Assembly: GCA_043719805.1 (NCBI GenBank)
Contig: JAYSTI010000001.1
Span: forward strand, 4,161 to 68,160
Length of the DNA stretch: 64,000 nucleotides
Source of the DNA: Candidatus Lloydbacteria bacterium
GTDB lineage: Bacteria; Patescibacteriota; Minisyncoccia; Phycocordibacterales; UBA6899
Reading direction: 5' to 3'
The notes beneath the pieces are model-generated. The model did no database searches and was not told the origin of the DNA. It saw only the letters and a program-made list of their open reading frames with translations. The position numbers and the translations under genes are program-made. Positions within the stretch are counted from its first letter, which is position 1. Each line of letters begins with the position of its first letter. This document shows, piece by piece, positions 19,561 to 28,092 of this stretch.

Positions 19561-20160
19561 ATGACATGCATTGCTGCCGTTACTGACGGAAAAACGGTTT
19601 GGATTGGCGGGGATGCTGCCGGCGTCGGACAAGAAACCCTCAGTGTTTCTATTCGTTCCGATAAGAAAGTTTTTCTTCGGGAAAGCCAGGGCACAGTTTG
19701 GGGGTTCGGATTTACCGGAAGCTATCGGATGGGGCAACTCATCCGATATGAACTTGTACTTCCTCGCGTGACGAGGCTCGACGTCAAAGACCTCGAACGT
19801 TTCATGGTGAAGAAATTCATTCCCGCACTGAGAAAGATTCTCACCTTAGGGGGCGCTTCATCCAACGAAAGTGGAGTGGAAACCGGCGGAGAATTCATCG
19901 TTGGAATCCTGGGAAAAATCTTCGTCGTCGAAAGTGACTTTCAGGTTGCAAGCCCAGAAGAGCCCATTTACGCAGTTGGCTCAGGTGCGGCGTTCGCACT
20001 CGGGGCGCTTCACGTACTCGAACGATTTCGTGCCGGTGGCGGTACTATTGAACGAGACAAGCAAGTTCTTGAGGCGCTTGAAACCTCAGAGTGCTACAGC
20101 GCAGGTGTGCGGAAACCTTTCACCATCGTAAAGGCCGGTGCACCAACATCAGCGACCTAA
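19561..20160 (+). CDS. Ntn-hydrolase, HslV/proteasome beta-subunit-like peptidase
   Basis: N-terminal MTCIAAVTDGKTVWIGGD (Thr right after Met, as in HslV TTIVSV..GDGQ) and AVGSGAAFALGALHVLERF. No HslU is found nearby. Confidence 0.5.
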   Translation: MTCIAAVTDGKTVWIGGDAAGVGQETLSVSIRSDKKVFLRESQGTVWGFGFTGSYRMGQLIRYELVLPRVTRLDVKDLERFMVKKFIPALRKILTLGGASSNESGVETGGEFIVGILGKIFVVESDFQVASPEEPIYAVGSGAAFALGALHVLERFRAGGGTIERDKQVLEALETSECYSAGVRKPFTIVKAGAPTSAT

Positions 20161-20190
20161 CCCCCCAGACGGGGGTTTTCTTTTGCTTGC

Positions 20191-20219
20191 TTGACAAATT
20201 ATTCGTTGTGGTGTATACT
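20191..20219 (+). promoter_or_regulatory. near-consensus sigma70 promoter TTGACA-N17-TATACT
   Basis: -35 at 20191-20196, a 17-nt spacer, and -10 TATACT at 20214-20219. It is read directly from the sequence and has no downstream protein gene on the plus strand. Confidence 0.55.
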
Positions 20220-20225
20220 TACACA

Positions 20226-20500
20226 AGTTAAGCAGTTGGTAATCGAACTCCATCTCCCCTTCATCTCTCTGACTCAATCAGATGGGCATCATCGGGAAGA
20301 CAGGACGAAGAGAAAAGACCCCGTCCTTTTTGGTTTTCATTACCGCTAACTGCACTGATGCCGTCTGCGTACGTGTATCAGGTCGCCCCCGGGGCAGGTT
20401 GTGAACGTGAATGCGAAATAAACATGTAGGCGCAAACACTTCCCCTGCCCCGGTTGAGCAAGAAAAAAATGCCCGCGTTAAGCGGGCATTATTCATTACC
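20226..20500 (+). ncRNA. candidate small/structured noncoding RNA driven by the consensus promoter
   Basis: No credible ORF. There is a hairpin aggacg..cgtcct plus T5 at about 20303-20331 and a long-range 10-bp pairing ccggggcagg (about 20383-20392) / cctgccccgg (about 20443-20452). The transcript ends in hairpins that also serve as minus-strand terminators. Confidence 0.25.
20462..20489 (-). terminator. rho-independent terminator (minus strand) for the phosphoesterase gene
   Basis: atgcccgc/gcgggcat stem, with an A-run on plus (T-run on minus). Confidence 0.5.
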
Positions 20501-20513
20501 AATTTTTCTATAC

Positions 20514-20538
20514 AAAAAACCCGCATCATTGATGCGGG
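20514..20538 (-). terminator. rho-independent terminator (minus strand)
   Basis: cccgcatc/gatgcggg stem preceded on plus by A6 (T6 on minus), directly after the stop at 20546. Confidence 0.55.
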
Positions 20539-20545
20539 TTCACTT

Positions 20546-22219
20546 TCAGGCAGAAGGCGGCGTTTGAGCCACCGTCACTTCTTCTTTCTTCACTTCGCCG
20601 ATTTTCTCGTCCACCCTCTTCGGACGCTTCAAACAATAGCGTCCGTTGATGATGGTGATGATCACTCTTTTGCCGTTTGCGTACTGCACGACGTGAGAGT
20701 TGGTATGGCTACTCGGGCCACCTTGCTCATACTCGAGCATACCGGTCGACTTACCTGCACTGTAGCAGCCGTCGATGATCTCCGCCGTATGGCTGTGGCC
20801 CTTTGTGACCTTCACTCCAAGCTTGGAGAGGTTCTTGGTGGTTCCACGCGAACCATTCGGACCGATGTCACCGTGGAATCCGTATTCCACTTGAGCAATC
20901 ACCTTGCTTTCTCCCGGCTTCAGGAACTGCACGTTCGGTTTCGAGAACTTCTGTGCATAGAGTCCGAATGGATCATCGTAGGAAACCCCACCTCCGGTCT
21001 TGCGCGCACTCTTCAACATCAAGGTCGCAATCTCAAGATAGAACTCGGCATTCACCGGGTCCTTTCGGAAATCAGTTTCCATCACCCAACGCAGCATTGC
21101 GCGGTCGTGATTACTGGAAACAACGACCGATTTGCGGTTCCTCATCGTGAACTTGTTTATGAAATTCACTGCCTCCTCGACTTCCACGCGCACATCGTCG
21201 ATTTTGTACTTACGCTTCGCAAAGTCCGTAAGCCAGTTATCTCGGTGATGGTGGTTACGCGAATGAAAGTCAATCGTGTCATGCCAAAAGAGATAGCGTG
21301 GGTTGATAAGCTTCACCAAGCTGTCAGAAGCGGTGAACGTGGCACTCACGACATCGGGCAACACCCAGCGTTGATGGATGTCACCCATGGAGACCGACAA
21401 CGCCGGTTTCGCGGGCTGTGCTTTCTCGGGAGTGAACTCCATGTCGAGGTCGATGAAGCTCCCCTGCTTGGTGGCGTTCAACTGACGCACGAAGAACGTA
21501 TCACCGTCAATCTCAACGATGACCGCGCCAAGACAGTGCGCGAATTTACCCAGCATGCCCTGCTTGGTGTCGGTGTAGTTACGCACCGTACAAGAGCCGG
21601 TGGTATACATCGTCTTCGCATGCTTGTGCTGAGGTGTTGCGACGGAACGCATACCACGAGAGCCGTGGCCGACAATGCCGCTCTTGTCCTTGGTAAGCGC
21701 ATCGAGGCCAACGAGAGGTTGTCGCGCCGCCCATTGCACCTTGACGTCGCCAAGGATCACGAGCCGCTCATTCAGAGTGATCCAGCCATTGCAGAGATAC
21801 GGCACAACCGCTTCGTCCCACCATTCGTTCTCTTTGTTCTTTTGAGTCCACTGACTGGTCGGGTTCTTATACCGACCGGGAATCACAACGAGTTCGGCAC
21901 CGTAATACTTCGCCGCAACGAGCAATGCTTGCCACGTTGGACGATGAATTGGCGTCGCATTTTGCGCCGCGGTGATGATGTAGCGTTTTGCCGTCGGCAA
22001 AGTGGTACGCATCGTCACGGGCGTAGCGGGAATTTCCGCGGAAGGAGCCGTCGTCTTGTGCCCGCAGGACTTGCAGACAAAGCGTTGCTTTTCGCTGCCG
22101 GTGTTCGTGGTCTGACCGTTTTTCTTGAGCCAACCACTGGCGCACTTCGGGCAATACCCATGCCCGCTCGATCCCGGCTTCTCTTCAGCCTGCGCAGTGT
22201 CAATTTTTTTCGAATTCAT
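20546..22219 (-). CDS. zinc-ribbon (IS1595/InsA-type) + unknown domain + calcineurin-like metallophosphoesterase protein
   Basis: N-terminal CPKCASGWLKKNG...QRFVCKSCGHK resembles the IS1/IS1595 transposase Zn-ribbon. The C-terminal half carries phosphoesterase motifs GDIHQ, VVSSNHDRAM, GFHGD and GHSHT. The middle roughly 220 aa are unassigned. The overlapping plus-strand 620-aa ORF has no motifs. Confidence 0.6.
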   Translation of the reverse strand: MNSKKIDTAQAEEKPGSSGHGYCPKCASGWLKKNGQTTNTGSEKQRFVCKSCGHKTTAPSAEIPATPVTMRTTLPTAKRYIITAAQNATPIHRPTWQALLVAAKYYGAELVVIPGRYKNPTSQWTQKNKENEWWDEAVVPYLCNGWITLNERLVILGDVKVQWAARQPLVGLDALTKDKSGIVGHGSRGMRSVATPQHKHAKTMYTTGSCTVRNYTDTKQGMLGKFAHCLGAVIVEIDGDTFFVRQLNATKQGSFIDLDMEFTPEKAQPAKPALSVSMGDIHQRWVLPDVVSATFTASDSLVKLINPRYLFWHDTIDFHSRNHHHRDNWLTDFAKRKYKIDDVRVEVEEAVNFINKFTMRNRKSVVVSSNHDRAMLRWVMETDFRKDPVNAEFYLEIATLMLKSARKTGGGVSYDDPFGLYAQKFSKPNVQFLKPGESKVIAQVEYGFHGDIGPNGSRGTTKNLSKLGVKVTKGHSHTAEIIDGCYSAGKSTGMLEYEQGGPSSHTNSHVVQYANGKRVIITIINGRYCLKRPKRVDEKIGEVKKEEVTVAQTPPSA

Positions 22220-22391
22220 TATGTTCCCCTTTCAGAGAATTTTTTCAACGAACCATTGCTTCCCCCATTCTAGGCACTGTAAAGCATATGACCATCTTGA
22301 CAGCGTGCAAAAAAGAAACCATACTGCAACATTTTACGGTGCTAACTCAATGCCGCAGGGTGGTCGTCGCCCTATCCCCACATTATTATAT

Positions 22392-23093
22392 TCACTTGAT
22401 TCCGAGGAGATCAAAAAGCAATTTACGCACGAGCGTGACGTTCTCTTTTTTAGACGCAGAGAACTGAATGATGTCGGCATCGGGAAATTCTTCTACGAGT
22501 TTTGCCATTACCTTTGGGCGGTCGTTGCCGGTAAGTTTGTCTATCTTATTTGCGATGATGAGCAGCGGGTGACCATGCAGACGTGCGAGGTCGATGAGCT
22601 CGTAGTCGTGGTCGGTCGCTCCGACACGCGCATCGAGGATGAGTACGAGCAGTTTTGGTTTTGCCTCACCACTCGTAATGTACCAAGCAATGTGTTTGCG
22701 AATCTTATCTTTCGCATCGTTGGTCATGCGTGCGTAGCCGTATCCCGGAAGGTCAACAAAATACCCTTTCCCTCCGACCTCAAAAAAGTTAATCTCCTGC
22801 GTCTTTCCCGGAGTCGAACTGGTGCGCGCCACAACTGCGCCCAAAAGGGCGTTAATGGTGGAGGACTTTCCCACGTTCGAGCGGCCAACAAAGGCAATCT
22901 GCGGTTTTGTGTCAAAAAGAATGTTATCCGTACCCTTGATGCCACGAGCGAACTTCACCGGCACACCGGAGGCAGTCTGGGGCTTCCAATGCTTCGTTGG
23001 CTTCGGTGGGAGCAAAAGTTTGCGTGACGGCTTTTTCTTCACATTGGTCGCCTTACTCGCGTGTGATTTTTTGGGTTTTGAGTTGCGTTGCAT
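22392..23093 (-). CDS. engB: ribosome biogenesis GTP-binding protein YsxC/EngB with Lys-rich N-terminal extension
   Basis: G1 GRSNVGKSSTINALLG, DLPGYG and NKIDK are GTPase motifs. Confidence 0.85.
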   Translation of the reverse strand: MQRNSKPKKSHASKATNVKKKPSRKLLLPPKPTKHWKPQTASGVPVKFARGIKGTDNILFDTKPQIAFVGRSNVGKSSTINALLGAVVARTSSTPGKTQEINFFEVGGKGYFVDLPGYGYARMTNDAKDKIRKHIAWYITSGEAKPKLLVLILDARVGATDHDYELIDLARLHGHPLLIIANKIDKLTGNDRPKVMAKLVEEFPDADIIQFSASKKENVTLVRKLLFDLLGIK

Positions 23094-23128
23094 ATGGACA
23101 TACTAGCCGACTACCCTCATGCGCGCAA

Positions 23129-23157
23129 CAAAAAAGCCGCGCTTGGGTGGCGCGGCT
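23129..23157 (-). terminator. rho-independent terminator (minus strand)
   Basis: agccgcgc/gcgcggct stem with an A-run on plus. Confidence 0.45.
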
Positions 23158-23266
23158 TCACGAAGTATTACTTCTTGAAAAGCAGGTGCATTCTTGACTC
23201 GAAGTAAGTCTCATAAGAACATTTTATCTTCACTTCAGTATGAGACCGGGGGAATCCGGGAGGTCC

Positions 23267-23512
23267 CTACGGGTTTTCCGTTGGCTTGTGGAACTTTTCT
23301 TTCGCCGCACACGATGCGCACGTCTGGCCACCTTCGCAATAGTAAGCGCCACCAGCAGACCGTGCTGGATGGTCTACGTGTAGCGACGATGGGAAGTCCA
23401 TGTCTTTTGCACAGCTCGTGCAAATTTCAACCCCTGTCGCCTTTTCTCGCGCGAGGGCCTCGTCGAGCAATCGGGCAAAGGTCTTGGCCGGCTGATTGTT
23501 TCCTGCGGACAT
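23267..23512 (-). CDS. small HNH endonuclease
   Basis: CTSC...LHVDHPARSAGGAYY...CASCAAKEK fits the HNH pattern CxxC..VDH..GG...CxxC..K. Confidence 0.5.
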   Translation of the reverse strand: MSAGNNQPAKTFARLLDEALAREKATGVEICTSCAKDMDFPSSLHVDHPARSAGGAYYCEGGQTCASCAAKEKFHKPTENP

Positions 23513-23636
23513 TCGAGTCTCCTGTTTGTTCTTCCCGCATTATTCACGATTGTGTAAATTTGTCAATTATAGAAGTGGTTCTTCCGTGTTATACTCGCAG
23601 TACAAATTTAAAACATTTATTCAACGAGAAACATTT

Positions 23637-24419
23637 ATGGACAATGAACACCCTACGCCAGCAGTGCATCATGTTACAAAGCCAAAGCGCGACGATAGTC
23701 TCAACATTCCAATAGCAATTGTTTTTGCCGGGATTCTCGTCGCCGGAGCAATTGTCTTTTCCAACAAGAACGTTGCAAGCGCGCCCTTGCAAGCCCCCGG
23801 GGCCCCATCCGTTGCACAAGGAGATCCAACCGGCGGACCGGTTGATGTCGCACTTCTCACATTAAAGGAGGATGATCATATTCAAGGAAATCCCAACGCA
23901 GACGTAGTCATCATCGAATATTCTGATACAGAGTGCCCATTCTGCAAGCGTCTCCATGAGACGATGAAACTGGTCATGGCAGAATACGGTCAGGAGGGGC
24001 AAGTCGCTTGGGTGTTTCGCCACTTCCCCCTTGATATGCATCCGAAGGCCCGCAAAGAAGCGGAGGCACTTGAATGTGCAAATGAGCTTGGCGGCAACGA
24101 CGCGTTCTGGAAATACAACGACAAGTTATTCGAGATTACTCCGGGCAACAACGGACTCGACGCCGCGATGCTCCCACAGATTGCCTCAATGGTCGGATTG
24201 GATGCCGCAAAATTCACTGCGTGTTTGGATAGCGGCAAATACGCCGCCCGGGTACAACGTGATTTTGAAAGCGGAGCAAGTGTCGGAGTTCGCGGAACAC
24301 CATACTCCATCATTTGGAATCGAAAGACCGGAAAACAGGTTCCAATGAACGGAGCCTACCCGCTCGAGAACGTGAAGGCGTTGCTTGATGGTATTATCGC
24401 TCCCACTTCAGCAGAGTAA
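23637..24419 (+). CDS. DsbA-family thiol:disulfide oxidoreductase (membrane-anchored)
   Basis: TM anchor, then VVIIEYSDTECPFCKRLH (CPFC active site) and a cis-Pro region GTPYSII. Confidence 0.75.
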   Translation: MDNEHPTPAVHHVTKPKRDDSLNIPIAIVFAGILVAGAIVFSNKNVASAPLQAPGAPSVAQGDPTGGPVDVALLTLKEDDHIQGNPNADVVIIEYSDTECPFCKRLHETMKLVMAEYGQEGQVAWVFRHFPLDMHPKARKEAEALECANELGGNDAFWKYNDKLFEITPGNNGLDAAMLPQIASMVGLDAAKFTACLDSGKYAARVQRDFESGASVGVRGTPYSIIWNRKTGKQVPMNGAYPLENVKALLDGIIAPTSAE

Positions 24420-24736
24420 GCAAGGATTTCATAAATGACCAAAAATCTCCGCACTGGCGGAGATTTTTTATTTGATAAATTTTAAGCAAACACAACACGA
24501 AGAGTTTATCAAAAAACCCCAGATGCAAGGCGCTGGGTGAGGAATGGGATGGAACCCATTCAGCAAGACCTTTTGAGATATTTTCTGCGACCAATTTTTC
24601 TTAACGGTACTCCGTCTTAGAAAAATGAAGTACTCGCCGTGGTGAAATATCCAAAAGGTGTACAGCTCCCGTAGGGAGGCAGGGGCATAAGTGTTTCACC
24701 TTACAACAAAGCATGTGGGGGAATTTTGATAAACTC

Positions 24737-25024
24737 TTATATTCCTAATGCGATACGGACATCTTCGGGCGTTACCCACTCCGGTTCAAATGTTATCTCA
24801 ACGCGCACCTCAACGCCGAAGGGCTTGAGGGCCTTCTCGACAGCCTGCACTATCTGATTGCCATATGGGCAAAACGGCGTAGTGAGTGTCATGAGGATAT
24901 CGATACCCGCGTCATTGATATCGATGTTATAAATCAGCCCAAGCGTGTAGACGTCGATATGTATCTCAGGGTCTTCTACTGTTTTTAATGCCTTGATGAT
25001 GTCGTCTTTGGTAAATGGGTTCAT
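24737..25024 (-). CDS. Fe-S cluster assembly protein SufT / DUF59 (MIP18 family)
   Basis: DPEIHIDVYTLGLIYNIDIND...LMTLTTPFCPYGNQI is the DUF59 pattern. Confidence 0.6.
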   Translation of the reverse strand: MNPFTKDDIIKALKTVEDPEIHIDVYTLGLIYNIDINDAGIDILMTLTTPFCPYGNQIVQAVEKALKPFGVEVRVEITFEPEWVTPEDVRIALGI

Positions 25025-25755
25025 ACGATTGATTCAAATCCTTCTTTGGAAATTTTTTCAATAAGCTCGCCTTTTCCGGATGCGACAATTTTTCCGTCTT
25101 TTATGACGGACACGATGTCCGGGGTAAGGTGCTCGAGTATTTTGCTGTAATGAGTCACAAGCAAAAATCCCACACCCTTCGCGCGGAGTGACTCGATGAC
25201 GGCAAATACGCGCTTCAACGCATCAATGTCGACACCGGAATCTATTTCATCGAGGAGCGCGAATTTCGGCTCGAGTGCGAGAAGTTGGAGCACCTCAGAC
25301 TGCTTCTTCTCCCCTCCCGAAAGTCCCGTATTCAAATGCTTGCGCAGAAATGTCGGGTCGATGCCAAACTCTTTTGCGCGCGCTTCCATCAGCTTGTAAA
25401 AGTCCAATGGGGCGACGGGACTTTCCGGTTTTATGCTTTTGTGCGCACGAAAAAGAAAATTGGTGAGCGTCACGCCGGCAATTTCCGGCAAATGCTGAAG
25501 CGAAAGAAAAATTCCTGCACGCGCCTTCTTTTCGGTGGCGAGCGTAGTGATGTCCTCTCCATCGAGCAAGACCGACCCATCCGCGATAGTGTACTTCGGA
25601 TGCCCCATGATGCCGTTTAACAGTGACGACTTTCCCGAACCATTCGGCCCCATGAGTATGTGTATCTCTCCGCTTTTGAGTACGAGAGAAGCGCCGTCCA
25701 CAACGGTCTTTTCTCCTGTGCGCACCGTAAGATTGTTGATACAGAGTTCGCTCAT
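25021..25755 (-). CDS. sufC: Fe-S cluster assembly ATPase SufC
   Basis: GPNGSGKSSLL, LSGGEKKQSEVLQLLALEPKFALLDEIDSGVD and HYSKIL are motifs. Start set at the MSELCINNL ATG at 25755; the track ORF extends further upstream. Confidence 0.85.
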   Translation of the reverse strand: MSELCINNLTVRTGEKTVVDGASLVLKSGEIHILMGPNGSGKSSLLNGIMGHPKYTIADGSVLLDGEDITTLATEKKARAGIFLSLQHLPEIAGVTLTNFLFRAHKSIKPESPVAPLDFYKLMEARAKEFGIDPTFLRKHLNTGLSGGEKKQSEVLQLLALEPKFALLDEIDSGVDIDALKRVFAVIESLRAKGVGFLLVTHYSKILEHLTPDIVSVIKDGKIVASGKGELIEKISKEGFESIV

Positions 25756-25858
25756 ACATGTTGGTGTATTAGACACTAAAATAAAGAGAAAGGCAAGGAA
25801 TGATGCGGGGTAATAAAAAGGGCGCATAATCACATGCGCCCCACTTCTCAAAACCTGA

Positions 25859-26974
25859 TCAGATGCACTCGGTAACGATTCCGCGCTTCTCCATCTCGGC
25901 AATGACCATGTTGCCGGTGATGAGCTCCACTGGGATGACGCCACGGGGAATCCTCGCCTGCACGGCAAGAATTGCGATGATTGATGCGTGGAAGCCGGTC
26001 AACCGCTGCATTGCAGTGAATTGGGTTTTGTCGTCGTAGAGGTCAACGACCCGGCGCTCGACATGCACCAAGCGGCCGGCTGCATCGCGACCGTCGGCAT
26101 GGGCGACGATAAATCCAATATCCGAAAATTCATTGATGGTCGTCCCAAGACGCGTCTCGAGCTCCTCGCGCAGGCGACCCTGTTTCCGGAATTCGCGGAG
26201 CATCTTCCAATGCCCCGGATAGCGCAATGTCTTGTACTTGAGGTCTCGTAGCGAAGGAAATGCCTTCTGATAAGTCCAAGGTGCCGTCGAGAGTCCACCG
26301 GATGTATACGACGCCTCGAGTACAACAAGTGGGGCTACCGACAATGTTTCGACACTGCCGAGACACGTCCGCTTCCTTCGTTTTCCGTCGGCAAGTACAT
26401 CGGCAAACCCCGAATATTCGTTTACAAGCCCGCCCATGCTGAAGCACAGTGCGTACTTGAGCTCACCCTCCGGTTTCTGCGGCAATCCTCCGCAATATAT
26501 ACTGCACGACTCCGGTTGTGCGATTGCCGAGATTGCCGAATGCGCAAGCGACAGGTTGAACCCTGGGCCCATCCCGCAGTCAGGAACAATGCTGACGCAC
26601 GCCGCTATTGCACGAGCATCATGCTTGTGTTGTGCACGTACGACACCAGTATTCCCACCGAGATCAACCATGTGCACACCTGCGCAAATCGCAGCGTCAG
26701 TGACGGCCTCATTCAACTTGAACGACATAGCCGAGACGACGGCATCTGCACCTCTGAGTACGCCATCAAGATGTGCGGGATTACCCGCATCGAGCTGCCT
26801 ACCGTAAACAATATGCTCTCCGAGAAGCTTGTTTACTCGAGCGGCACCAGCTGTGGCCTTCTGGCCATCCACATCGCACAGAGCCACGTACTCCGAACGC
26901 CCAAACTTCGCCAAGTCGTATGCAACGGCGACGCCTTGCGTCCCCGCTCCGAGCACCACATATCGATAGCCCAT
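25859..26974 (-). CDS. saccharopine dehydrogenase family oxidoreductase
   Basis: N-terminal Rossmann motif YVVLGAGTQGVAVAYDL and a Sacchrp_dh-like length/pattern. The function is not specified further. Confidence 0.55.
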   Translation of the reverse strand: MGYRYVVLGAGTQGVAVAYDLAKFGRSEYVALCDVDGQKATAGAARVNKLLGEHIVYGRQLDAGNPAHLDGVLRGADAVVSAMSFKLNEAVTDAAICAGVHMVDLGGNTGVVRAQHKHDARAIAACVSIVPDCGMGPGFNLSLAHSAISAIAQPESCSIYCGGLPQKPEGELKYALCFSMGGLVNEYSGFADVLADGKRRKRTCLGSVETLSVAPLVVLEASYTSGGLSTAPWTYQKAFPSLRDLKYKTLRYPGHWKMLREFRKQGRLREELETRLGTTINEFSDIGFIVAHADGRDAAGRLVHVERRVVDLYDDKTQFTAMQRLTGFHASIIAILAVQARIPRGVIPVELITGNMVIAEMEKRGIVTECI

Positions 26975-27052
26975 TTCATGCTCCTAATTCAAAAAGAAAC
27001 CATCCACTACACACATTACGCCGTGAAAAAATAAAAGCAATTGACTTCCCGC

Positions 27053-27412
27053 TTAAAGAATGGCCATCCGTAAAGTCGAGAGCGCGAGCATGGCGCACTT
27101 TTCGCGCTGCGGAGTGATTATCAGACCGTACAGTTCGTACATATCTTTTTCCGTGAGTTTCGCAATGTCGGACTTCGTCATTCCCTTCACTTTGTCCGTC
27201 AGCATCGATGCACCGGATTGCGATATTGCACAACCAAAACCTTCGAAGGTGATGTCGCCAAGCACATCGTCTTTCCATTTCAAATACAAGATGAGGTCAT
27301 CACCGCAAGTGATATTCTCTCCTATTTGTTTCACATCATAGCCCTCCATCCGCACTTTGTTGTGAGGGTGTTTGTAGTGTTCGAGAATATGTTCTTGGTA
27401 GAGTGGGTCCAT
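27053..27412 (-). CDS. sufU: SufU/IscU-like Fe-S scaffold (NifU N-terminal domain)
   Basis: Conserved Cys motifs CGD...GFGCAIS..A plus a C-terminal Cys. Confidence 0.75.
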   Translation of the reverse strand: MDPLYQEHILEHYKHPHNKVRMEGYDVKQIGENITCGDDLILYLKWKDDVLGDITFEGFGCAISQSGASMLTDKVKGMTKSDIAKLTEKDMYELYGLIITPQREKCAMLALSTLRMAIL

Positions 27413-27416
27413 ACAA

Positions 27417-27773
27417 CTAGACAAGTGGCAATATGGCCGCTACTAATTGAAGAAAGGATGCTGCACCAATTCCTACGTACATAGCAAAAAGATAGGTTTT
27501 CTTTTTTTGAAACCATCCGAGTGCATACGCCACCGTCGGAATAACAATAACAATAATCACTAGGCATAAAGTTATTATGCGCCCCCAACAATCACCACTC
27601 GGGCTCCACCACTGATCAAGATTAAAGTGCCCCAAACAATAGTAACTTGCAAATTGTTCAAGAAACGGACTTAGAAAATTAGATGCAGGAAAACTTGAAG
27701 GAACAACCAATCCCAAAAGGAAATAGCAGATGCTTACTACTATGGGCTTTGCTATTGGGGTCACGATTTTCAT
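27417..27773 (-). CDS. hypothetical membrane protein
   Basis: Hydrophobic segments, no motif. Confidence 0.35.
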   Translation of the reverse strand: MKIVTPIAKPIVVSICYFLLGLVVPSSFPASNFLSPFLEQFASYYCLGHFNLDQWWSPSGDCWGRIITLCLVIIVIVIPTVAYALGWFQKKKTYLFAMYVGIGAASFLQLVAAILPLV

Positions 27774-27794
27774 AATTCAAATATTAATTTAGTC

Positions 27795-28088
27795 TCACGT
27801 AAAATTCTTCCACAATATCACCACAATGGCGATGCCGCTTGCGACCATGAGGAGAAATGGAAGTATCGCAATGATTACCGTTGGCGACAAAAAAGAAAAA
27901 GGTTCTGTTTTGTTCTGCCTTGCCTCCTTCACGCTCGCATAAACCGCGAAACCGTTGACCACAAACAACACACCTGCCAATCCAAGTTTCTGCAAGACTG
28001 TGGGATGCTCGAAAAGCCCAAAAGCCAAAAGCAGGACGATGCAGATGAGGACCATTATTCTTACTCCGGAGTGTACGAGAAATTTCAT
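27795..28088 (-). CDS. hypothetical membrane protein
   Basis: Three predicted TM segments. Confidence 0.35.
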   Translation of the reverse strand: MKFLVHSGVRIMVLICIVLLLAFGLFEHPTVLQKLGLAGVLFVVNGFAVYASVKEARQNKTEPFSFLSPTVIIAILPFLLMVASGIAIVVILWKNFT

Positions 28089-28092
28089 ATAT

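Noticed and set aside
20411-22273. 620-aa plus-strand ORF
   Set aside because: It fully overlaps the minus-strand Zn-ribbon/phosphoesterase gene, which carries recognisable motifs. The plus-strand translation is low-complexity (R/H/L-rich) with no motifs, so it is a shadow ORF.
22125-23027. 300-aa plus-strand ORF
   Set aside because: Antisense shadow of engB, whose GTPase motifs are on the minus strand.
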